Shown: in pieces, positions 8,202 to 15,754 of the stretch
How the letters are laid out: every line of letters begins with the position of its first letter
How positions within the stretch are numbered: the first letter of the stretch is position 1
IMG/VR virus record: IMGVR_UViG_3300020044_006524
Location: 1-37,390 of that record
Direction: 5' to 3' (one strand)
DNA length: 37,390 nt
From: a virus
Lineage: Duplodnaviria; Caudoviricetes
Translations under genes and position numbers: made by a program
Notes under the pieces: generated by a model
The model's database searches: none
Told to the model about the DNA's origin: nothing
The model's input: the letters and a program-made list of their open reading frames with translations, nothing else

Positions 8202-9169
8202 ATCAGCTGATCTTGTTCGCGGTGGTTTTCCACGTCTGACAAGTTGAGAACAGCTTGCTTAAAGTAGCTGCTTTTAAGCTCAACTCCCATGCCTCGCCGT
8301 GCGTTCACAACTGCGCCATAAACCTCGCTGCCAACTCCCATGAAAGGAGTGAACACAGTTTCCCCTACGTTGCTCCAAAGGACGCATGCCCGCTCGATAA
8401 CGTCGAGTTGCAAAGGGTGACAATGCCGCTCGTCATCGTTGTCTTTGGCTTCGCGATGCGGAAGAACATTGTCAATGCGAATATCATCCCAGAATGCGTC
8501 AGCGTAGCGTCTCCAAATCCAATGAGAAAAGCGGTTTTTCTTTTGGTCGCCTTCCATGCCTTTCAGGTGAAGCAACTCTGCGGGCATCTGTTCTTCGCCA
8601 GCGTAGCGATGCAGTCCGGTCGGATGCGCAACCGGCACTTCGTTTTCTCCGCTGCGTCGGAAGATCAAAAGCTGGTCCGCGTTTGCCATAGAGCAACGGG
8701 TCGAGTCCTCGCACATCGTTCGGTGAGCCAAGCTTTTCATCATCGTGCGATTGCGAACCGTTAGCGGCTCTTTCCAGATGAAATACCGATGAGTGAACCG
8801 CCATCCGTTTTTTTCGTGCAAGCGAATCACATCGCCGGGAAAGTCAACTAGCGCGTCGCAACCGCTGTTTCCGGTCGGAATGTCCATGCAGTGAACTGCC
8901 GTCATTCGTCCCGGTTTTGTGAGCCGGTGAAGCTCACGAATCACATAGCCGTAATGATCGTAAAACTCGTCACGGTTAATGCAGTTCGACAAGTCCTGAT
9001 CGTCGCTGCTGTATTGGTATAGGCCCGCGAACGGTGGAGAATAAACGGAGAGGTCAACAACTCCTTCCGGTAGTTGTTTCATTACTTCGACGCAATCGCC
9101 GTGATAAAGGGCGTATTTGTCTGTAATTACTTGGTTCATTGTTTCGGTGGTTTCTTTTTTTGTTGTCAT
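8198..9169 (-). CDS. DNA amino-methyltransferase (N4-C/N6-A, beta class)
   Basis: GDC, SPPF motif IV before HPLQ and TPFMGVGSE motif I, GVELK; likely start 9169. Confidence 0.9.
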   Translation of the reverse strand: MTTKKETTETMNQVITDKYALYHGDCVEVMKQLPEGVVDLSVYSPPFAGLYQYSSDDQDLSNCINRDEFYDHYGYVIRELHRLTKPGRMTAVHCMDIPTGNSGCDALVDFPGDVIRLHEKNGWRFTHRYFIWKEPLTVRNRTMMKSLAHRTMCEDSTRCSMANADQLLIFRRSGENEVPVAHPTGLHRYAGEEQMPAELLHLKGMEGDQKKNRFSHWIWRRYADAFWDDIRIDNVLPHREAKDNDDERHCHPLQLDVIERACVLWSNVGETVFTPFMGVGSEVYGAVVNARRGMGVELKSSYFKQAVLNLSDVENHREQDQLI

Positions 9170-9176
9170 AGAGTTG

Positions 9177-10607
9177 TTATTTGAGCCACGCCGGAAGCGC
9201 GGGTTTGATTGTTTTGATTTGTCGTTCAAGTCTGATTGCGTTGTTCATGTGTTTAACAAGTTCCTCAAACATTTTGTCCGCCTGTTGAGCTTTCCTCATC
9301 ATGTTGTCGCGTACACGCTGTTCTCCCTCGCTCGCGATAATGTCCACTGTAACGGGTTTCTTTTGCCCGAACCGCCAGCAACGTCGGATTGACTGGTAAT
9401 ACTGTTCGTAAGAGTGAGAAGCGAACGTGACAACGTGATTACAAAATTGCCAGTTGAGTCCCCATGCTCCAATTTTTGGCTTAACAATGAGAACACGCTT
9501 TTCTTGCGCTTGAAACGCCGCGTAAGCCTCTTCTTTCTCGTCGTCATCCATCGCCCCCTTTACTTGCACGCTGTCGGGAATCATCTTTTCCAACAGGTCG
9601 CCTTCGTTATTCATGTGGCACCATACAACGGCGGGCTTTCGGTGATTCACAAGATCCGCTGCCATCTGGCAACGCTCTGTCAGTGTGCGCCTGCGCTCGT
9701 CTCTTTCTTCCGCTAGTCCGAAAGCTGGCATCGTGAACAGCATGCCTTCCGGTGGCGTTGTAGGCTTCACCACGTGCTCGCGTTCGATAAGGTCAGGGAG
9801 AACGTATCCTGCATCGGAAAAGCCAAGGTCAGAAGGTTTCCTGCAAGCTCTAGCCCAACTGCAAACCCAACGCCAGAAATGGTCGTGCGCGTGGCCCTTT
9901 AGTCGCCAACCATTGATTGCCTGCGAAACACGGAACGAGATTTTCCCGAAGTGGTTTGCCTGCTTCTCTAGGTTGTCGATTTTCTTCTCGTATTGGTCCG
10001 TTGTCTTTTGGTCCATCTGCTTGAAAAAACGGGAAAGCATTTCGGAATTGTTCAAGTTCCCGAGTGCCTCCGATGATGTTCCAAGCTCCGTAAAGTCGTT
10101 TGGCGCGGCTGTTGCGGTCCATAGCGAGCGATAAGGCAACTTAGACATAAACCGCGTGACGGCCTTTTGCGTTGCGCCTGTCGCATGTTTAATGATGCTG
10201 CTTTCATCGCACGCAACTCCGGCAAAGTCTTTCGGGTCAAACAGGTGAAGCTTTTCGTAGTTCGTCACCGTGATTTTTCCAGCCGGTTTTCCGTCGCGTG
10301 AACGTGCCGCATGCAGCCCAAATTTCAAAGCCTCCGCCACCGTCTGCGCTCCAACCGCCAGCGGAGTGAGAATCAGGACATTTCCGTTTGTTTTCTCGAC
10401 TACGTTCTGGCACCACACAAGTTGCATGGCTGTCTTGCCAAGTCCGCAATCAGCAAAGATTGCCGCCCGCCCTTTGCTGATTGCCCACTCCAAAAGTGCC
10501 TTCTGGAAAGGGAAAAGAAAGTCCGGCAAAAATGACGGGGTGAAACCAAAGTCGCCGCCAAGCTGCGATTTATGGTAAAGGAATTGTTCATAGGTTTCTG
10601 TATTCAT
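9177..10607 (-). CDS. SNF2/DEAD-like superfamily 2 helicase
   Basis: LFPFQ, ADCGLGKT, DESS, TATAAPND, GLNWQ, QSIRRCWRFGQ; likely start 10607. Confidence 0.92.
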   Translation of the reverse strand: MNTETYEQFLYHKSQLGGDFGFTPSFLPDFLFPFQKALLEWAISKGRAAIFADCGLGKTAMQLVWCQNVVEKTNGNVLILTPLAVGAQTVAEALKFGLHAARSRDGKPAGKITVTNYEKLHLFDPKDFAGVACDESSIIKHATGATQKAVTRFMSKLPYRSLWTATAAPNDFTELGTSSEALGNLNNSEMLSRFFKQMDQKTTDQYEKKIDNLEKQANHFGKISFRVSQAINGWRLKGHAHDHFWRWVCSWARACRKPSDLGFSDAGYVLPDLIEREHVVKPTTPPEGMLFTMPAFGLAEERDERRRTLTERCQMAADLVNHRKPAVVWCHMNNEGDLLEKMIPDSVQVKGAMDDDEKEEAYAAFQAQEKRVLIVKPKIGAWGLNWQFCNHVVTFASHSYEQYYQSIRRCWRFGQKKPVTVDIIASEGEQRVRDNMMRKAQQADKMFEELVKHMNNAIRLERQIKTIKPALPAWLK

Positions 10608-10635
10608 GTTTCTGTTTGTTCTGTTTTCTAAAGTC

Positions 10636-10741
10636 TCACCGTCCCTCGCCTCAGGTCCGGGAATCGTGCAGGTCTCTTTCAAACCCTAGCGAAAATATTT
10701 CACTTTGTTTGCCCTGCGCGACTGGCGTTGTGCCACGGTAA
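10636..10741 (-). ncRNA. cloverleaf-shaped structured RNA (putative)
   Basis: Closing stem TTACCGT/ACGGTGA; arms GGC-ACAAC-GCC, AGTCGCGCAGG/CCTGCACGATT with nested helices, CCC...GGG; begins at stop codon + CAATTT. Confidence 0.55.
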
Positions 10742-10745
10742 ATTG

Positions 10746-11024
10746 TTATTTCGTCCGCTTTGAAAGGTGCGGTTCCGTCGGCTTGTAAACCGTGTCTCCG
10801 TCTGCGAAAAGCGCGTATTGCTCAGTGTCTTGATCTTGCGGGAGTTCAATGCCTTTGACGATGGCACAATAACTGGAATGCTCAGTGATTGCTTGCGCTA
10901 CCTTGTTTGCAATATCTTCAATTCCAGTTCGGTATGGCAATCCGGCTGAACCTGTGTGCATCGTCCAAGTCCAAGAACCCGGAGGACGGACGAAAATGAA
11001 GTAGTGAATAGGTGTTGGTTTCAT
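10746..11024 (-). CDS. hypothetical protein, paralog family member 1
   Basis: HYFIFVRPPGS..W..H....GLPYRT, similar to 35942 and 36804. Confidence 0.75.
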   Translation of the reverse strand: MKPTPIHYFIFVRPPGSWTWTMHTGSAGLPYRTGIEDIANKVAQAITEHSSYCAIVKGIELPQDQDTEQYALFADGDTVYKPTEPHLSKRTK

Positions 11025-11025
11025 A

Positions 11026-12150
11026 TTATTTGATTCGTTGAACCGGCTGTTGCTGTTCGCTCGTGTCGATTAGCTCCGAGAATAGTTCCTCGAAATGGTC
11101 GAACGCCTGCTTGCCTTTTAGTCCGGAAAGCTTGGCGTGGAGTTCCTGCAATTTTGGGACTGAGATTTTGCAGCACTTGGCGAGTTGAACCGGCTCGAAA
11201 CCGTCAAAGTGTGCTGATAGACTTGCGCCGATTAGCGGGATGCTCTGCGGGTCAATCTCGCGGCTTTTCTTCGCCTTGCCTAGTCCCCAGCCTTCCGCCC
11301 ATCCGTCTCCGTTCTTGCGGATTCCTGCTTTGAGTTCTGAGATACTCTTTTCTGCGATTCCGGCAATCATCGTGAGCTTTTCCAGCCAGTCTCCGCGTTC
11401 TGACGGTGAAGCGGTTTCAATATCGAACTGAGCCGTTCCAAGCGTCACAAGTGCCTTTTGCGACTCTGGACATTTAGCTGTCCCTGCTGCCTTGCAATGC
11501 TGGCATTGCTTAGGTCCGACGATGCGCTTTGCGTTCGGTTCATTAGACGCTAGAACACGCTCGTTCATTTCGCGGTAAGCTCGCATCAAATCCTTTTCGG
11601 AATAGCGGACGAGTTTCACGTCTTCAATCTTCCAAGCTACCCGAGGTTGATTGATAAACGCCGTCACTGATTGCACTCCATAGGTGCAGTAAATCAACGC
11701 CGCTAAGTCGCGAAGCTGTTCGTTCTCGTCTGCGTCCTGATGTTCTCCGTAAAGCGATTTCAAATCCTCAAGAAGCGCGTGTTTTCCGCCTTCCGCCTCG
11801 ACTAGCCAAAACGCATCCGCCTGCCCGCTGTGGTTCTCCACGTAGTTCCATAGTCTCTTCTCCCGATGGCACTCTGCCGGTCCTTTTACGTCGATTCCGC
11901 ATAGCCAGTTGCCGAGGATGATTGACTCGATTTCCTGCGCTCTCCGTAATGTTTTCGCGCTGTCTGCATCGAGAACGATTTCCTCTTTCAACCCCGCAAA
12001 TACGTCGTGAATCAACGTGCCTTGTGAAGCCTCTGCGCTTTCGGTTTCCTCAAGTCCTTTCTGCGCGTTGTGCCGTCCGGGGCATAGCCGGTCTGCCGCT
12101 GCGTTGCTTGCGGAGGTGTGTCCGCGTCGTTCATCTGTTTGTGTGTTCAT
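11026..12150 (-). CDS. Cas4-like / PD-(D/E)XK exonuclease (DUF2800-like)
   Basis: SASNA..RLCPG, GTLIH, SGQAD, EDLKS, QLRDLA, CQHCKA..KCP; likely start 12150. Confidence 0.8.
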   Translation of the reverse strand: MNTQTDERRGHTSASNAAADRLCPGRHNAQKGLEETESAEASQGTLIHDVFAGLKEEIVLDADSAKTLRRAQEIESIILGNWLCGIDVKGPAECHREKRLWNYVENHSGQADAFWLVEAEGGKHALLEDLKSLYGEHQDADENEQLRDLAALIYCTYGVQSVTAFINQPRVAWKIEDVKLVRYSEKDLMRAYREMNERVLASNEPNAKRIVGPKQCQHCKAAGTAKCPESQKALVTLGTAQFDIETASPSERGDWLEKLTMIAGIAEKSISELKAGIRKNGDGWAEGWGLGKAKKSREIDPQSIPLIGASLSAHFDGFEPVQLAKCCKISVPKLQELHAKLSGLKGKQAFDHFEELFSELIDTSEQQQPVQRIK

Positions 12151-12168
12151 TGTTCTGTTTTGTGTTAA

Positions 12169-12288
12169 AGGTGACTCAGGCCGGAATTGCACCGGCTGCC
12201 GGATTTATACCCTTTGACTTTCGGATAATAAAGGCATCATCTCGCTAGAGGGTCGAGCCTTGCGTGTCGCTGTCCACGCCGCTGAGTC
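12169..12288 (-). ncRNA. tRNA-like RNA 3 (expanded anticodon and variable arms)
   Basis: Acceptor GACTCAG/CTGAGTC+ACC, D arm GCGT..ACGC, T arm GCCGG-TGCAATT-CCGGC, AAGGC/GCCTT enclosing 21 nt. Confidence 0.7.
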
Positions 12289-12298
12289 TAAAATTGAA

Positions 12299-12389
12299 TT
12301 GCCAGCCGCAACCCACAAGGGCCGCGATTTGCTCCCGTGTTTTCACCAAGTATGAGTTTCACGAAAGCCGGTAGTTTTACCGCTGGCAA
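12299..12389 (-). ncRNA. cloverleaf RNA without tRNA consensus loops
   Basis: TTGCCAGC/GCTGGCAA closing GGTA-AAAC-TACC, GCTTTCGTG/CACGGGAGC and CGCGGCCC-TTGT-GGGTTGCG. Confidence 0.6.
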
Positions 12390-12391
12390 AT

Positions 12392-12490
12392 TGGCGGGCG
12401 CGGAAAGAGTCGAACTTTCTCTTAGCATTTGGTTGCCTACTCCGGTTGCCCGTCTCGGACTTCTAAGTGCTGCCGTTACACTACGCGCTC
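12392..12490 (-). ncRNA. tRNA-like RNA 2 with encoded CCA and enlarged anticodon domain
   Basis: GAGCGCG TA GTGTAACGGCAGCAC ... GAAAG-TTCGACT-CTTTC CGCGCCC G CCA; TTAG/CTAA encloses 37 nt instead of 7. Confidence 0.75.
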
Positions 12491-12496
12491 AAATTG

Positions 12497-12540
12497 TTCC
12501 CGCTTATCGCCTGCTCGTGTGCTCCGACGGGATAGCGGAA
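12497..12540 (-). ncRNA. hairpin unit within the RNA array
   Basis: TTCCGCTATC...GATAAGCGGGAA flanked by CAATT and CAATTT. Confidence 0.4.
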
Positions 12541-12581
12541 TTGAACTAGTAGGTTTTCTTTTGCTTTCATTGCAATGAAAT

Positions 12582-12734
12582 TGTTGAGCGCGGCAGGATT
12601 TGAACCTGCAATTCATTATAACCCATTTTTTACGTATCCACACTTTCGTGCTTCACGGTGAGCTAGGTAATAAGTGCTCCTTTGGGTTTTGGTGCTTTCA
12701 CCGTGTCAGCGTCTTTGCATTCCGCCACGCGCTC
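12582..12734 (-). ncRNA. tRNA-like RNA 1 with a ~100 nt insert replacing the anticodon/variable region
   Basis: Perfect acceptor GAGCGCG/CGCGCTC, Leu-like D arm GCGGAATGCAAAGACGC, T arm GCAGG-TTCAAAT-CCTGC, internal stem CACGGTGA/TCACCGTG. Confidence 0.75.
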
Positions 12735-12740
12735 AAATTG

Positions 12741-13625
12741 TTACCACTTCACTTCCGTAGCAGCTAGTTCCGGCTCCGGTTCTTGCGGTGCTTCGGTTTG
12801 TTTTGGTTGCTCCGTTGTCTTAGCCGTTCCGAAAATATCAGCGGCAACTTTGCTTTCCGAGAACTTCGGAGGCAGTGGCTTAATCGGGAAAACCTCGTCA
12901 ACTGTTGCGTCGCCGTCTTTAATCGCGTTCGCGTAACCAATCAGAATTTCAATGTGGTCGAGTTGAATGTCGTCGATAGAGCGGACGTTCAACGCCTCGC
13001 AAACTCGCTCTTTGCTAACGCCAAGTTTTGCAAAGTGGTCGAGGCTTGAAGACCGACGCTGAACGAGACTTTTAGAATCCCCGATTGCGAGCTTCTTGGC
13101 CGCTTCGTAAATCGGTTTCACAAGTGCCATCGGGACCACGCGGAACACGGCGTTGCGAAGTGCGATTGAACAAGCAGCGTTGCCAGTTGTCGCAACCATA
13201 TCGTCGCTGTATCGCTTCCCGTCTTTGCTGGTCACTCGCCGCTTCACTTCGATGCTGATTGCGACGTTGTTTTCCAAGTCGTGAACCATTCCTTGCGCTG
13301 TGATAAATTTGCCATCGTCGGCAACAATCCGAGACGCTGCGCGGATGTGCTGATACTGCGAGATTGCGATTTCAGCCAAGCGAACGGATGGGCCTTGCAA
13401 TGGCTTCCCATCGCCTCCCTTGCGTCCCGGCAATGTGTAAAAACATCCCGCCGCCGTTTCCTCGTCCAGAGTCGCAAACGATAGCATCCTCTGTTTCACA
13501 AGTGACAACTGCCGAGGATACTTTTTCGCCGTCGCAATTTGAACGTCGATTTCTCCGCGTGTGATTGATTCCAGAGCTGTCAATGTGACTTGCTCCGGTT
13601 CGATTATTTGTGGTTCGTTGCTCAT
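12741..13625 (-). CDS. putative single-strand annealing/recombination protein
   Basis: IDVQIATAKKYPR, GPSVRLAE, ALRNAVFRVVP family pattern; acidic disordered tail; upstream of the exonuclease. Confidence 0.55.
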   Translation of the reverse strand: MSNEPQIIEPEQVTLTALESITRGEIDVQIATAKKYPRQLSLVKQRMLSFATLDEETAAGCFYTLPGRKGGDGKPLQGPSVRLAEIAISQYQHIRAASRIVADDGKFITAQGMVHDLENNVAISIEVKRRVTSKDGKRYSDDMVATTGNAACSIALRNAVFRVVPMALVKPIYEAAKKLAIGDSKSLVQRRSSSLDHFAKLGVSKERVCEALNVRSIDDIQLDHIEILIGYANAIKDGDATVDEVFPIKPLPPKFSESKVAADIFGTAKTTEQPKQTEAPQEPEPELAATEVKW

Positions 13626-13867
13626 TGTTTTTCCTTTCGTGCTTTTATCATATCGTCGGCAATTTCATACGCTTGTTCTGCCACAGTCGCGTCATCACGC
13701 CATTCATGGCCGCTCCCGTAATTGGCAGGATTTGAAAGCATTCCTTGCATTGCCTGCCCTGCGAACCAGTCGCGGAGGGTCATGCCTTTGCATACGTAGT
13801 TATATTCTTTATTAGCGTCGTTCTCTACCGGAAAAGCCGGTCCGCCATCATCAAGCGGCTCGCTCAT
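13622..13867 (-). CDS. widespread small phage protein (GGPAFP...GMTLRDWFA family)
   Basis: GGPAFP, GMTLRDWFAGQAMQG, AYEIADDMIKAR. Confidence 0.85.
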   Translation of the reverse strand: MSEPLDDGGPAFPVENDANKEYNYVCKGMTLRDWFAGQAMQGMLSNPANYGSGHEWRDDATVAEQAYEIADDMIKARKEKQ

Positions 13868-14019
13868 TTCGTCTCCTTTCGGTCCCGCAGTATGCAGAAG
13901 ATGTGCGAGGATAGCGAACGGCCCTCGCCACTAGCTTCTTTCCGCAGTTCGTCTTTCAGTTTCGGCGGAAGATGAACTCCTGTCATCTCGCGCTTTGGTT
14001 TTTTTGGTTTGGTTGTCAT
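13864..14019 (-). CDS. Arc/CopG-like ribbon-helix-helix regulator, not in the ORF track
   Basis: MTTKPKKPKREMTGVHLPPKLKDELRKEASGEGRSLSSHIFCILRDRKETK (51 aa), matching the Arc pattern LP..LK..L...A...GRSL. Confidence 0.75.
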   Translation of the reverse strand: MTTKPKKPKREMTGVHLPPKLKDELRKEASGEGRSLSSHIFCILRDRKETK

Positions 14020-14023
14020 GTTG

Positions 14024-14245
14024 TTAAAGTTCCCCGAGTGCCTTGCAAACGCAGTAAATCAGATACCAGATTGCACAGTTTAGAATCAGAATGCACAAGC
14101 ATCCAAGTCCGCGAGCTTGCCATTGTTCTTTCAATTCCTGATCAAGTTTCTCGTCGCGGTCTTTCACTGAATCAAGATAGCGCAATGCTTTCTTGTTCCG
14201 CTCGTGCCGCTCGTTTACGTCTGGCCCGTGTATGTTGTCGCTCAT
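14024..14245 (-). CDS. small membrane protein
   Basis: Hydrophobic Cys-rich C-terminal segment. Confidence 0.65.
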   Translation of the reverse strand: MSDNIHGPDVNERHERNKKALRYLDSVKDRDEKLDQELKEQWQARGLGCLCILILNCAIWYLIYCVCKALGEL

Positions 14246-14433
14246 TTTTCCCCCTTTGCTTTCGCGATTGCTGCTACCGCGTCAGCGTGAAGTTGTGCCA
14301 GCATTCCGGCCCCAATCTCCGCGCAGTTCGGGTTAAGTCGTGCGACTCGTTCCGCAAGTGCCAGCAAATCCGGCGCGGCTTCGCAGAGCGTGAAGTGACT
14401 GTCGATTGTGTCTGTTTCTGTTTCTGTTTTCAT
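14242..14433 (-). CDS. small phage protein (AAPDLL motif)
   Basis: EAAPDLLAL...AAIAKAKGE; likely start 14433. Confidence 0.7.
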   Translation of the reverse strand: MKTETETDTIDSHFTLCEAAPDLLALAERVARLNPNCAEIGAGMLAQLHADAVAAIAKAKGEK

Positions 14434-14443
14434 GTTCTTATTG

Positions 14444-14486
14444 TTCGCCGGCTGCCGCCCGATTTCTCGGGACGGCTCACCGACAA
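14444..14486 (-). promoter_or_regulatory. long intergenic hairpin (processing or attenuation site)
   Basis: TTGTCGGT-GA-GCCGTCCCGA-GAAA-TCGGGCGGC-A-GCCGGCGA with a GAAA tetraloop and no U tract. Confidence 0.45.
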
Positions 14487-14494
14487 GTGAGTGG

Positions 14495-14719
14495 TTAGAC
14501 TGCGAGCGCCGCTTTGATAAAGTTGAACGCAAGAACGCAGTCTCGGGTGCATTCCAATGAACGAACTGCGGCGCGAGCGTGTTTTTCTGCGTCAAGTTCG
14601 CTATTGAAGTTACATGCGTAAACGGTTCCGTGTCCGGTAGGAAGTTCAAAGGCGAAGCTATAATTTGCGGATGAAGTGCGATTGGTGCCTTGAATGATTT
14701 TGATTTCGAGCTTGTTCAT
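14495..14719 (-). CDS. hypothetical protein, first gene of the leftward early operon
   Basis: MNKLEIKIIQG..., AC-rich leader. Confidence 0.65.
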   Translation of the reverse strand: MNKLEIKIIQGTNRTSSANYSFAFELPTGHGTVYACNFNSELDAEKHARAAVRSLECTRDCVLAFNFIKAALAV

Positions 14720-14771
14720 TTTGTCGGATGTTCTGTTTTTGTTTTCGCCAGCGTCGTTGCTGACGATGGAG

Positions 14772-14820
14772 ATAAAAGCAGAACCGCAAAACGGACGCAA
14801 CAACTATTTTCACTTTTTTT
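14772..14820 (-). promoter_or_regulatory. putative early promoter
   Basis: A-rich UP element, TTGCGT-17bp-TTTTAT with upstream TG; 5' leader hairpin CGTCAGC/GCTGGCG. Confidence 0.45.
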
Positions 14821-14874
14821 CAAAGTGACGAAAAAAGACTGCGAAAAGGTGATTGACTTTTGCGATGGATTATT

Positions 14875-15438
14875 TCAGCGCGTTGCCTGCGAATGCATGG
14901 AATCGCGCCCCCAAAATGCGCCAGCCGATATCCATCCTTCACGCGCAAAACACTCCATGACTTCCAACGGCATATCGCTCGCAATCGGCCATGCAGCATG
15001 GTTTCCGTTCGTTTCCGGCGCAAGGTCTATCGCTGCTCCGCGTGCGTGCAATGACGGCAGAGAACCGCCTCGCATTGGTCGGTTGTTATAGACGCCCGCA
15101 TACTCCCGCAAAATCAACGGCGCAACTTTCGAGACGGCAACTAGAATCCGCGAAAGGCTGTCAGCAACTCGCTCATGGCATCGAATAGTTGTCACGTTCT
15201 GCCCGTCATATTGCACCGTTACGCCTGCTGGAACTGGCATCTTCACAAGCCTGCTTTCGTCTCCTGCCTTCCCGTAAAACTTCGTGAGAGCCTCTTGCGA
15301 AGTGTCCGGCCACGGATTACTGTCCGGCATCATTCCGCGAAGGTGCGCTTGCACGGCGCGAATGCTTTTGGGTCCCCAGAATCCGTCCGGTTCCGTTCCG
15401 ATGCGTTTCTGGATTGCTTTGATTTGTTCTGTATTCAT
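14875..15438 (-). CDS. endolysin, M15 family peptidase with N-terminal peptidoglycan-binding-like segment
   Basis: IQKRIG..PDGFWGPKS; R...SLHARGAAIDL (SxHxxGxAxD); DSMH. Confidence 0.9.
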   Translation of the reverse strand: MNTEQIKAIQKRIGTEPDGFWGPKSIRAVQAHLRGMMPDSNPWPDTSQEALTKFYGKAGDESRLVKMPVPAGVTVQYDGQNVTTIRCHERVADSLSRILVAVSKVAPLILREYAGVYNNRPMRGGSLPSLHARGAAIDLAPETNGNHAAWPIASDMPLEVMECFAREGWISAGAFWGRDSMHSQATR

Positions 15439-15563
15439 GGCAGCGGTGTAGCCTTTATTTCAACGCTTGGCGAGACTGTCACAATGCAGGTTCTCGCGTG
15501 AATCGTGGCGCGTGTGACGCATCCGGAAAGAGCGGCAGTGAGTAGGATGAAAATCAGTTTCAT
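15435..15563 (-). CDS. small lipoprotein (spanin candidate), not in the ORF track
   Basis: MKLIFILLTAALSGC lipobox, 42 aa, ATGA overlaps on both sides. Confidence 0.7.
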   Translation of the reverse strand: MKLIFILLTAALSGCVTRATIHARTCIVTVSPSVEIKATPLP

Positions 15564-15754
15564 TTCAAATCAAGTGAATCGCTTTTCGGCTTTATGTCCG
15601 GCACTGACTCCAACGCACGGAGCGCAATCAGTCCGCCCACGATGCAGGCTGATACGAGCTTTGCAAGCTCCCATGCGTCGGCTGGCGCGTTCGGATGCTG
15701 CGAAAGGACCGTCAGAGACGACGACAAAAAGTAGCATATCCGGCGGTAGGTCAT
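15560..15754 (-). CDS. putative holin
   Basis: 64 aa with two hydrophobic segments and a charged tail, next to the endolysin. Confidence 0.55.
   Translation of the reverse strand: MTYRRICYFLSSSLTVLSQHPNAPADAWELAKLVSACIVGGLIALRALESVPDIKPKSDSLDLK

Noticed and set aside
11026-12150. CRISPR-Cas adaptation gene (cas4)
   Set aside because: No cas1/cas2 or array; Cas4-like exonucleases next to annealing proteins are ordinary phage recombination genes.
12481-12570. 29 aa ORF MKAKENLLVQFRYPVGAHEQAISGNNLSA on the minus strand inside the RNA array
   Set aside because: Short, no recognisable motif, overlaps structured units; cannot be supported, though not excluded.
12169-12734. Canonical tRNAs, tmRNA, group I intron tRNAs or YrlA Y RNA
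   Set aside because: No 7 nt anticodon loop; units have D stems and are too short for tmRNA; inserts are too short for group I introns; free ends are at the acceptor stem, unlike YrlA.
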